The notes below the pieces were generated by a model, which ran no database searches, was not told the DNA's origin, and was given only the letters and a program-made list of their open reading frames with translations. The position numbers were made by a program, and so were the translations under genes. Shown in pieces: positions 10,795 to 19,280 of a DNA stretch of 64,000 nucleotides; within the stretch, counting starts at the first letter, position 1; every line of letters begins with the position of its first letter. Origin of the DNA: a virus. Taxonomy: Duplodnaviria > Caudoviricetes. The DNA lies in IMG/VR virus record IMGVR_UViG_3300029705_000039; one strand, 5' to 3'.

Positions 10795-10855
10795 GAGGCG
10801 CATACAGCAATCTTTTATGGTATGAATAGCATATTTATAATATAACTGTGCCTCG
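10795..10855 (+). ncRNA. CAGCAA stem module copy 1
   Basis: GAGGCGCA-TA-CAGCAA ... TGTGCCTC-G-TTTT. Confidence 0.6.
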
Positions 10856-10861
10856 TTTTAT

Positions 10862-10956
10862 GGTTGTGTACCCAAGCGGTTATAAGGGGACTGACTCGAA
10901 ATCAGTTAGGGCGGTTCATAGCCGCTGCGTGGGTTCAAATCCCACCGCAACCGCCA
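10862..10956 (+). tRNA. tRNA-Ser(CGA)
   Basis: cloverleaf, long variable arm, loop CTCGAAA, GCCA end. Confidence 0.9.
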
Positions 10957-10968
10957 AATGGAGAAAAA

Positions 10969-11262
10969 ATGGAACATTTAGATACTATTATGAAAGAATC
11001 CGTCTGTGGTAGATGCGGCAATTTACGATATTGGGATGGATATTTTTGCAGTAATTTGCCAGAGGAATTTAATAAATACGTAGAATATACTGAATTAGAT
11101 GAATTATATCATTTTAAATTTGGTATTCAAATTAAAGAGTGTAAGCATTTTATTCCTCGCATTCCTTGTAATGTGGCGCCTGCGAATCACGAATGCCAGT
11201 TCTGGTGCTTGGGATTGCCTGGTAAGAATAAGTGTGTTTATGCTGATTTATTTTTACATTAA
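10969..11262 (+). CDS. Cys-rich hypothetical protein
   Basis: GGAG RBS, multiple Cys motifs. Confidence 0.55.
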   Translation: MEHLDTIMKESVCGRCGNLRYWDGYFCSNLPEEFNKYVEYTELDELYHFKFGIQIKECKHFIPRIPCNVAPANHECQFWCLGLPGKNKCVYADLFLH

Positions 11263-11328
11263 AAATTTGACAAAAATAAAAAATCATTATATAATATATT
11301 TATAAGGTTGAGGAAAACTCAACCATAT

Positions 11329-11415
11329 GCCCGGATGGCGGAATTGGCGAGACGCGCTCGACTCAAAATCGAGTACATTGATACACTGTGGGTTCAAATC
11401 CCACTCTGGGTACCA
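11329..11415 (+). tRNA. tRNA-Leu(CAA)
   Basis: cloverleaf, loop CTCAAAA, ACCA. Confidence 0.9.
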
Positions 11416-11419
11416 TTTT

Positions 11420-11540
11420 TAGACGTTTACAGCAAATTTTGATAGTAATCAAAGTGTCGTTGGTTCGATCCCAACATTGCAAGCCAATAATTTTGCAGTT
11501 CGCCCAGTAGGTAGGGCATTTGACTAAAAAGAACGTCTAG
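11420..11540 (+). ncRNA. circularly permuted tRNA-like RNA inside CAGCAA stem module copy 2
   Basis: T arm and 3' acceptor+GCCA precede 5' acceptor and D arm; enclosed by TAGACGTT/AACGTCTA. Confidence 0.75.
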
Positions 11541-11556
11541 TTTTATATAATTAAAT

Positions 11557-11647
11557 TGGGGATTGGTGTAATGGCAGCACGGCGGACTCTAAATCCGTGA
11601 GCCCCCTGAAGGCGTAAGTCAGGGTTCAAATCCCTGGTCCCCAGCCA
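11557..11647 (+). tRNA. amber-decoding tRNA (CTA), Gln-like
   Basis: GCGGA-CTCTAAA-TCCGT; U1-A72, G73, CCA; extended variable region. Confidence 0.88.
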
Positions 11648-11654
11648 TTATATT

Positions 11655-11718
11655 TAGACACAACCAGCAAGTTATTTGTATTGCTAATAGAGAATTGATA
11701 CGACTAAATTGTGTCTAG
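11655..11718 (+). ncRNA. CAGCAA stem module copy 3
   Basis: TAGACACAA-C-CAGCAA ... TTGTGTCTA-G-TTT. Confidence 0.6.
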
Positions 11719-11775
11719 TTTAAGTAAAAATATAAGCGCCTATATGGCGCTTTCTTTGTATAAGGAGTGATTCCC

Positions 11776-12387
11776 ATGGCTGTTTAGGGTGAAAAAATTT
11801 CATATTCTGAATTATTAAATTGGTATGAAGTATTTAATAATCTTGCTACCAATTATAGTGAAAATGTTACCGCTTTATCAATTCCTGTTTCTGGTAAAAA
11901 GGCTGAGCCTTCAGATATTAATAACCTTCATGAAAAAATTAATCAATTTCGTTCTGATACTTATCTCGGCACAAAGGCAGAATGGTTCCCTATTGGAACT
12001 GATGTAAGTAAAAATGAATATATTCGCGCTATTGACCCTACTGCTATTCTTGGCGTAGTTTCTAATGCTACTTTAGTAAAATGTCGAAATGTAGCTACTA
12101 ATACTTGTGGCGTTCATGGCAGTGGTTCTTTAAGCCACGGCAGTAAAGGGAATGGTACGTGGGGCAATACACAAAAATCTTGTGGCACAAAGTCGCATGG
12201 AGACTGGCACAATGAAGGTAATACCGATGGATGGTATTCTAGTGGTAAGAAAACGAATGGATGGTGGAGCCATAGTACCCGCAGTTGCGGAGAGCATGGT
12301 TGCGGCACTAATAATCATGCCAGCAAAGGCAACACAACTGTAATTGATATTACCTGTGTCCATTCTACAAAAGTTAATCAAGCCTAA
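11776..12387 (+). CDS. putative radical-SAM substrate with pentapeptide G/H/W/C repeats (TAG=Gln at codon 4; absent from ORF track)
   Basis: AAGGAG RBS, 203-aa open frame ending TAA 8 nt before the first rSAM gene. Confidence 0.8.
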
Positions 12388-12395
12388 GGAGTATT

Positions 12396-13772
12396 ATGGA
12401 ACATCTTTATAAAAATCTTTCTACTGTAGTTTTTTATACTTGCGGCACCTGTAATCTTAAATGCCGTTATTGTGGTATTAATAAAAATCCAATATTAAAA
12501 GATATAGATAGTGCTCTTGCCAAAAGTTTTGAAGGAGATTATTACTTTCGACGAGTAAAAGATTATTTCCCCCGTAAAGATATGCTACTTAACTTTGAAA
12601 CTTGGGGCGGCGAACCTTTTCTCCATATGGAGCGTTTATATCCAGTTTTAAAAACTCTATTGGATTATTATCCTTACTTACAAAATGGTTATTCTTCTAC
12701 CAATTTTTCTTTTGAAAATTGGAATGAAAAATTTTTTGGTTTAATGGACTGTTTTGGACAATATCCAAATCGCTTATTTAAATATTGTCTACAGCTTTCA
12801 GTAGATGGCCCTGAATATATTAACGATGCTGGCCGCGGAACAGGTGTAACTAAAAAATGCTTGGCTAATTTTAATAAATTAGTAGCGCTTTTAGCGGCGG
12901 GCCGCCTACCTAAAAATGTAGACCTAACCATTACCCTAAAGGGAACTTTAGATAATGACACTATTAAACAACTTTGTCAAAAAGATAAGATTATAGAGTA
13001 TTTTCAATTTTATGAAAATAATTTTATAAATCCTATCAAACAACTAAATTTATCTAATGTTGATATCATTCCCACAATTCCTAATACTGCGGTCCCTTCT
13101 CCTGTTACTAAAGAAGATGGAAAAATCTTTGCTAAACTAGTTAAGCTTTGTCGCGAAATCGAAGAAGAGAATAAGACTTGTAATTATTTTAATTATTATA
13201 ATATAATTACACCTTATTATAGTAATATCTGCCAAAATTGTTTAACCTACAAATATGGTTGGCATACTTGCGGCACAGGAGATAGCGTTATCGGTTTATT
13301 ACCTGATAATATGGTTTCTACCTGCCATGAGGGTTTTACCCAAATTGTAGAAGAATATCAAAAATTAGCGGCACAAGATAAGAATCTTAATTCTACGATT
13401 ACTTTCGATAAATTTAGAGATGAACAAGCGATTAGTTTATGCGTCGATGACGAAGGATTTTATGAACATCACTATAAAATGTCTTTATATCAACACGATG
13501 ATGCCACAGCACGTGTCGCAACTAGTGCTAGTTTAATTGTAGCATTAGCTCTTGCCAAACAAATTGATGAATGCTATATTAATCAGACTAACGCTTTAAA
13601 GGCCGCGATTTTTATTCAAAGTCATACTTCTTATTGTATTAAAGACAACTACAATAAGACTGGTTCTTACACTCTACCGCCCGTAGGTTTATATAAATTA
13701 TTACTTAACGGTGCGATGGAATACATACAAGGAGAAGGAGAACTAAAAGTTAATGATGTTAGAAAAGACTAA
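12396..13772 (+). CDS. radical SAM protein 1 (SPASM/twitch-like)
   Basis: CNLKCRYC, WGGEP, SVDGP, CGTG...TCH. Confidence 0.9.
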   Translation: MEHLYKNLSTVVFYTCGTCNLKCRYCGINKNPILKDIDSALAKSFEGDYYFRRVKDYFPRKDMLLNFETWGGEPFLHMERLYPVLKTLLDYYPYLQNGYSSTNFSFENWNEKFFGLMDCFGQYPNRLFKYCLQLSVDGPEYINDAGRGTGVTKKCLANFNKLVALLAAGRLPKNVDLTITLKGTLDNDTIKQLCQKDKIIEYFQFYENNFINPIKQLNLSNVDIIPTIPNTAVPSPVTKEDGKIFAKLVKLCREIEEENKTCNYFNYYNIITPYYSNICQNCLTYKYGWHTCGTGDSVIGLLPDNMVSTCHEGFTQIVEEYQKLAAQDKNLNSTITFDKFRDEQAISLCVDDEGFYEHHYKMSLYQHDDATARVATSASLIVALALAKQIDECYINQTNALKAAIFIQSHTSYCIKDNYNKTGSYTLPPVGLYKLLLNGAMEYIQGEGELKVNDVRKD

Positions 13773-15165
13773 AAATATATTTCAAAAGGAGCAAGATGCT
13801 CTTTTACAAACTGTCTTGGGGCTAAGATTCTTAGACCCCTGGACAGATAAAGAATATGATGATTTCTCATTGGTAGCAGATGCTAACCTAGAAATCTTTA
13901 TTACTAGCGCTTGTAATCAAAAATGCGAATATTGCTATCTAATTAAACATAAAGATTTATATCCGCAAGAATTTCGAGATAAAAGTTTAATATTAGATAA
14001 TTTAAGAAAATTATATGATTGGATTTATGATAATAATTATCATATCCCTCTTTGTACTTTTTTCTCTGGTGAAATTTGGCATATCAATTTTGGTTTGGAA
14101 GTATTAGATATTACTTTAGAATATTTAAAGAAGGGAATTAATATCGATAGATTTATGATTCCTTCTAATTGTTCTTTTGTCTTAGATGAATCTCAACTAG
14201 AAAAAATTCAAACCTATATTGATCTATTTGATAAATATGGATATCCTCTACAATTTTCTATTTCAGTAGATGGCGCTATTTTAGAATCTGAAACGAGACC
14301 ATTAAATAATGGAATTGCCAAAACAGAAGATTATTATGATAGATTATTTCTATTTGCTAAACATAATAATTATTATTTTCATCCAATGGTCAGCGCCTTT
14401 AGCGTGGAAAAGTGGATAGAAAATTACAAATGGTGGGAAAAACAATTTAACAAATGGGATATGAATATTTCAGCCTTAATGATGTTAGAGGTTAGAAATG
14501 ATGATTGGACAGAAGAAAAAATCACCGCTTATACATCCTTTCTTAATTTTTTAATTGATAAATATTTTGAAGAAGAATGTGGAAAAAATGTAGAAGTGTT
14601 TTCTAATCGTCTAATGAATATTCGCAATTATATTCCACAAAAAATTCATCCTGCCGAATTAGCCGGTTATACTCCTTGGGCATTACCAGAAACTGACAGT
14701 TTTATTGGTTGTACCTGCGCTAATGAACTAACTGTACGGCTTGGCGATTTGGCAATTATACCTTGCCATAGATTGGGATATAATAAATATAAATATGGCA
14801 ACTTTACATTAAAAAATAATCATATTGACACAATTGAAGCAAATAATCCTCAAATGGCAGTTAAAATCTTAATGAGCAACTTTAATCTTGCTAGTTTTGG
14901 TTGCGATACTTGTTTATTTAATCATTATTGCCTTAAAGGGTGCTATGGTAGCCAATATGAAAATATGGGCGATCCATTTATTCCTGTTCCGAATATTTGT
15001 AACTTCTTTAAAAAGAAATATAGTTTTCTTTTACAAAAGTATAAGGATATGGGAGTATTTGATTATTACAAAACTATTGCACCGCAGGAATTAGAATATC
15101 CGCGTATTAAGAAATTATTAGACCTTTTTGAAGAGTGGGAGGTTTCGCCGCTATGCAATGGATAA
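13753..15165 (+). CDS. radical SAM/SPASM protein 2
   Basis: CNQKCEYC, SISVDG, GC...PCHR...CDTC...C..GC...C. Confidence 0.9.
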   Translation: MMLEKTKNIFQKEQDALLQTVLGLRFLDPWTDKEYDDFSLVADANLEIFITSACNQKCEYCYLIKHKDLYPQEFRDKSLILDNLRKLYDWIYDNNYHIPLCTFFSGEIWHINFGLEVLDITLEYLKKGINIDRFMIPSNCSFVLDESQLEKIQTYIDLFDKYGYPLQFSISVDGAILESETRPLNNGIAKTEDYYDRLFLFAKHNNYYFHPMVSAFSVEKWIENYKWWEKQFNKWDMNISALMMLEVRNDDWTEEKITAYTSFLNFLIDKYFEEECGKNVEVFSNRLMNIRNYIPQKIHPAELAGYTPWALPETDSFIGCTCANELTVRLGDLAIIPCHRLGYNKYKYGNFTLKNNHIDTIEANNPQMAVKILMSNFNLASFGCDTCLFNHYCLKGCYGSQYENMGDPFIPVPNICNFFKKKYSFLLQKYKDMGVFDYYKTIAPQELEYPRIKKLLDLFEEWEVSPLCNG

Positions 15166-15497
15166 ACGGTATGAAAATGTTCCCTTATGGGCGAACTCCA
15201 GTACAAAATATTACTCTAGAACAATTAGAGAATGATAATATAGAAGAAATTAATATGTATCTCTTGAAAATGGCGCGCCAAATGATTATTTATTAGGAAT
15301 TAGTTAGTTGGAAAGCTGATGGAACTCGCTCTAATAAGTATGCTTACAATATTTTCCCTGATGATTTGCCTGATAATGTATCTTGTTTAAGTGCTTATGG
15401 TCAAAAGATGGTTAATGATTGGTATTCTAGAAATAAATACCATGGCGATAAAGGAGTAAAGCAGACAGATGTTGGATTTAATTATACCGGTATATAA
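15153..15497 (+). CDS. hypothetical protein (1 TAG=Gln)
   Basis: GGAGG RBS; 114-aa frame filling the gap between rSAM2 and GT2. Confidence 0.6.
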
Positions 15498-16479
15498 TAA
15501 TTTGGAAGGGTTGTATAGAACTTTGTTATCTATTGGTGCGGAAACTAAGCAAAAAGTTTACGTGACTATTGTAGATGATGCCTCAGATATTAACTATGAT
15601 GAAGTGATTCCGCTATTCCAAAAACTTTTCCCTATTCGTATTCTAAAATTAAGTGAAAATATGGGTCCTGGTGTGGCAAGACAGCAAGGCATACGAGAGA
15701 CTAATAACCCATATTTTTCTTTTATTGATTGCGGCGATACATTTTATTCTCCTTTAATATTGCCTACGATGTTAGAAGCAATAGAAAAGCATCCTCAAGC
15801 AATGATGTTTTCTTGGGCTCATATAGAAGAGAATAGCGATGGAAGTTTGGATATGGTTAATTCTTATCATAATCGCATTCATGGTAAAATTTATAATAGG
15901 GAGTTTATAAATAAACATAATATTACTTTTTCTCAATTATCCCCGTATGCAAACGAAGACATCGGCTTTAATCTTGCGTGTCGTATGATATTAAAATCTT
16001 TATATCCTGAAACAGCATTGTATTCTAATGAAGATGCGGCAGTTGTATGGAAATGGAGCGGTCCTTCTATTGTTCGTGCGAATGACTGTGAATTCTATTA
16101 TAGAAAACAACATTTAGGATTGGCTTTGAACAGTTTACACGCGATTAATATAGCAAAAGAAAATAATGTATTAGAGCGTATAATTATAGAAGAAATATAT
16201 ACAACAATGATATATTTATATATGTTCTATTTACAAACTTTATATGTAAGGCCGCAATTTAAAGATGAGGCTTATATGGGTTGCAAATATTATTATTCAA
16301 AAATTTTTAGAGAATATGGGATAAAAAACCCATCTTTATTTAGAGATTATTACTATAAAGTGCTACTTTCTTTCCTCTCCGATGAAGATGACCCAATGCT
16401 ACAATCTCTTGTAAGTTTTGATGTTCTTAAATTCTTACAAGAATTGGAGGAAAATACGCATGAGGGACTTAAAAATTAA
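15469..16479 (+). CDS. glycosyltransferase family 2
   Basis: IIPVYN, VDDAS, GPGVARQ.G, FIDCGD, NED. Confidence 0.9.
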   Translation: MLDLIIPVYNNLEGLYRTLLSIGAETKQKVYVTIVDDASDINYDEVIPLFQKLFPIRILKLSENMGPGVARQQGIRETNNPYFSFIDCGDTFYSPLILPTMLEAIEKHPQAMMFSWAHIEENSDGSLDMVNSYHNRIHGKIYNREFINKHNITFSQLSPYANEDIGFNLACRMILKSLYPETALYSNEDAAVVWKWSGPSIVRANDCEFYYRKQHLGLALNSLHAINIAKENNVLERIIIEEIYTTMIYLYMFYLQTLYVRPQFKDEAYMGCKYYYSKIFREYGIKNPSLFRDYYYKVLLSFLSDEDDPMLQSLVSFDVLKFLQELEENTHEGLKN

Positions 16480-17221
16480 ATAGGGCTTTGTAACCTTATT
16501 ATCTTCTGAAAATTATATAGAAGCGGTTTTAATTCTGAATGCCAGCCTAAAAGCAGTGCAATCTAAATATCCCTTAATAGTTGCCTGTACTCCTTCTGTA
16601 ATAAAAAATGAACGCATTATTGCGGCTCTGCTAGCAGAAAATTGTATAGTAGAGCCAATAGCACCATTACGTTTTCCAGAAGGTTTAGAACATCTTCTAC
16701 AAAAAGATTATCCTAATTTGCCAAATCTTTTAAATACCGGCGCGAAATTAGAAGTATTTTCTTTGAAACATTATGATAAACTCGTCTTTATCGACGCAGA
16801 TGGATTTTTGGTAAAAAATATAGATTTTTTATTTAATAAAAAAGATGGCTCTTCTACTATTCAAAAAGACGAGCGCGATGAAATTAGTAGTAATTGTAGT
16901 GTTTTTGTTTTTTGCCCTCGTAATCATAATATAAATTTTTATCGAGGCCTAGTATTTAAAATGGGGCACAATGATGGCGCAGTTTTTGAAAGTATGTGGT
17001 TTTAGGTTAAAGACAATGAAGATTATAGAATAAAAGATAATATCTATTATCTTCCTTTTGATGAAAATATACATACTGAAGTCTATGGTTATCATTTATG
17101 GAAACCGCATTTAAAATATTGGTTATTAAAAGATATGCCTAATACAGATTTAGCTAATTTGTATAAAAACTTTTTAATACCAATTAGAGCCAAATATAAA
17201 TTTGACTTTTCTCAAAAATAA
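16460..17221 (+). CDS. glycosyltransferase family 8 (2 TAG=Gln)
   Basis: FVTLLSSENY..., KLEVF.L..YDKLVFIDAD, H...KYW; 253 aa with read-through. Confidence 0.8.
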
Positions 17222-17259
17222 CTTTATAATATATGTAAGATGAAAGAAAGGAGTATTGT

Positions 17260-17511
17260 ATGAATAATCATATTCGTGCCCATATCCAATTAACTACCTT
17301 AGCCGATATTAACAATTTCGTAAATGAACTTAATAAAGATAATTTCACTAATTGTTATACTCTTGAAAATTTCGATGGCTCTCTACGTGTCAATGCACGC
17401 TCAATTCACGGTATAATTTATGCCGCGAGCGATTATAATGATGAAATGTTTTTAGTTAATGAAAGTAATGATGGTGCTTTCCCGTCAAGCATTGATAAAT
17501 ACAGAGTTTAA
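17260..17511 (+). CDS. HPr-fold (PTS phosphocarrier-like) protein
   Basis: FVNEL...VNARSIHGII resembles HPr VNAKSIMG; own sigmaA promoter. Confidence 0.55.
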   Translation: MNNHIRAHIQLTTLADINNFVNELNKDNFTNCYTLENFDGSLRVNARSIHGIIYAASDYNDEMFLVNESNDGAFPSSIDKYRV

Positions 17512-17514
17512 AAT

Positions 17515-17543
17515 TTGACAATTTTAAAAAAATAGTATATAAT
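17515..17543 (+). promoter_or_regulatory. sigmaA promoter driving the tRNA/ncRNA array
   Basis: TTGACA-17-TATAAT. Confidence 0.8.
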
Positions 17544-17581
17544 ATTTATACAAGGTTGAGGGAGATAACTCCCTCAAATAT

Positions 17582-17657
17582 GGGTATATAGTCCAGTTGG
17601 TAGAACGGTAGACTGTTAATCTATATGTCGGGGGTTCGAGTCCCTCTATACCCGCCA
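17582..17657 (+). tRNA. tRNA-Asn(GTT)
   Basis: cloverleaf, loop CTGTTAA. Confidence 0.9.
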
Positions 17658-17916
17658 CTTGTATCATCTAATGATACTAACCCTTAACACGGATTTTGAG
17701 AGTTTAAACTACCACCGGCCAGAACGACAAATGACGGATATGTGGCTAGCGGAAAAGGGTATATAAAGAAGCGAAGCAAAACTCTCAGCTGTACAGCGGG
17801 CTTGGCCCTTACCGATACAAGGCTCCTAATGCGGCTAAGTATGGGAAGAAGCGGACATTAGCGTTATGAGTGATGTGAAAATCACCATCATCCCGGGACG
17901 AGACGCCGGATCATTT

Positions 17917-17992
17917 GCCTGAGTCGAATAAAGGTAAGTTCGCGGGCCTTTCAAGCCCGTAATGTCGGGTTCGAGTCCCACCTCAGGTGCCA
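17917..17992 (+). tRNA. tRNA-Glu(TTC)
   Basis: loop CTTTCAA, GCCA. Confidence 0.85.
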
Positions 17993-17998
17993 ATTTTA

Positions 17999-18064
17999 AG
18001 GCGGCCACAGCAATTTTTCAAGCATCTGTTATTGTAGAACTGATATAACTTGAAAGCCGCCTAG
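17999..18064 (+). ncRNA. CAGCAA stem module copy 4
   Basis: AGGCGGC-CA-CAGCAA ... GCCGCCT-AG-TTTT. Confidence 0.6.
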
Positions 18065-18071
18065 TTTTTAT

Positions 18072-18147
18072 GCCGAATTAGCTCAATTGGCAGAGCAATC
18101 GCCTTGTAAGCGATAGGTTAAGAGTTCAAGTCTCTTATTCGGCTCCA
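18072..18147 (+). tRNA. tRNA-Thr(TGT)
   Basis: cloverleaf, loop CTTGTAA. Confidence 0.9.
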
Positions 18148-18263
18148 TCGTGCGTTGGAACGTAGCGATACGGTTTAGGCGAACCACCCATAAAATCGCT
18201 CACGCAGAAAGGGGTACAAGATGATTCCAACCGTCGAAAGAGACCGTTAGCCTTTCAACTTTT

Positions 18264-18379
18264 TAGGCACATACAGCAAAACAGTAGTCCAATTGGGCCG
18301 GTAGCTCAGATGGTAAGAGCATTAGATTGATAATCTGAAGGTCGTTGGTTCGAGTCCAACCTGTTAAATATGTGTCTAG
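18264..18379 (+). ncRNA. CAGCAA module copy 5 enclosing a tRNA-Ile(GAT)-like body
   Basis: TAGGCACATA-CAGCAA ... TATGTGTCTAG; D, anticodon and T arms inside; no CCA. Confidence 0.7.
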
Positions 18380-18520
18380 CAAAACATAACACTTGAGGTT
18401 ATGTTGAGTAATGAAATAATTCCCCGTCCCAAGCCGCGGTGAATTATGGAACTCTAAGGGGGTTTTAGTGTAGAACCACAACTTGGGTAGGCTTAAATGC
18501 CGAAGGAAAAACACTTTTAT

Positions 18521-18639
18521 GGAAACGTGGTGTAACGGTAGCACTTAAACAAGTCGGTATAGGCCGCGGACCGGTCAGCAATCTTTCTTTAGACGATTCT
18601 GCAAAAATTGAGGAGTTGGTTCGAATCCAACCGTTTCCA
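18521..18639 (+). ncRNA. tRNA-like RNA (GCA loop) with CAGCAA insertion between D and anticodon arms
   Basis: GGAAACG/CGTTTCC acceptor, D and T arms, CGATT-CTGCAAA-AATTG; about 48-nt insert. Confidence 0.7.
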
Positions 18640-18658
18640 AATTAGCGGCATTCATTGT

Positions 18659-18733
18659 GTGGGTATCGTCCAGCGGATAGGGCATGGAGCTTCTACCTCC
18701 ATAACGTGGGTTCGATTCCTACTACCCATACCA
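18659..18733 (+). tRNA. tRNA-Arg(TCT)
   Basis: loop CTTCTAC. Confidence 0.85.
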
Positions 18734-18738
18734 TTCAT

Positions 18739-18814
18739 AGCAGAGTAGAGAAGAGGTCATCTCGCCATGTTCATAACTTGGAGATCGTAGGTTCGAATCC
18801 TACCCCTGCTCCCA
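18739..18814 (+). tRNA. tRNA-Met/Ile2(CAT)
   Basis: loop TTCATAA. Confidence 0.8.
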
Positions 18815-18818
18815 TTAT

Positions 18819-18894
18819 GCTTCCTTTGCCAAGATGGTAAGGCGGCGGATTGCAAATCCGTGATTCATTGGTTCGACTCCAATAGGAAGCTCCA
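18819..18894 (+). tRNA. tRNA-Cys(GCA)
   Basis: loop TTGCAAA, U73. Confidence 0.9.
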
Positions 18895-18898
18895 TTAT

Positions 18899-18974
18899 CT
18901 CCCGTTAGTCTAACTGGATAAAACATATGGCTACGGACCATAGTATGTGGGTTCAAGTCCTGCACGGGAGGCCA
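18899..18974 (+). tRNA. tRNA-Arg(ACG)
   Basis: loop CTACGGA. Confidence 0.9.
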
Positions 18975-18980
18975 ATATAT

Positions 18981-19056
18981 GCCTAGGAAGCTCATAAGGA
19001 TGAGCAGCGGACTCATATCCCGCAGGTAGTTAGTTCGAATCTAACGCTAGGCACCA
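18981..19056 (+). tRNA. tRNA-Met/Ile2(CAT)
   Basis: loop CTCATAT. Confidence 0.75.
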
Positions 19057-19280
19057 AAGGTTTTATGGAGTTCCTTAATAACCATATGACTTATTGCTTC
19101 AATAGGTAAGCAACGTTTTAGAGAAGGTATCATACAACTCCCCACTGAGTTCCGTGAAAACTCGAAGGTGCCGATGTATGCGTTGGGCTAACCCACATGT
19201 AAGTCTGTGGTTAGGGGATAGTCACCAAAAGACATGTAGGAATCAGCTGATGCCTGCGCTAGCAAAGAAGAAAGCTTTTT

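Noticed and set aside
11648-11720. HDV-like theta ribozyme expected after the suppressor tRNA in recoded gut phages
   Set aside because: No P1/P3/L3 pseudoknot pattern visible by eye after this or other tRNAs, and most tRNAs already encode CCA; a motif search would be needed to exclude it
17683-17742. Loose resemblance to SSU rRNA h31 region (AACACGG...AAACT..CAC..G.CCAGA)
   Set aside because: Gapped, low identity, no supporting covariation
10795-18379. CAGCAA repeats as CRISPR array or SAM-I riboswitches
   Set aside because: Copies are dispersed with non-identical stems, no cas genes, and the other SAM-I core motifs are absent
19120-19260. CCACTG...GAAGG resembling a cobalamin riboswitch
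   Set aside because: B12-box and remaining core not found; downstream element is a tRNA
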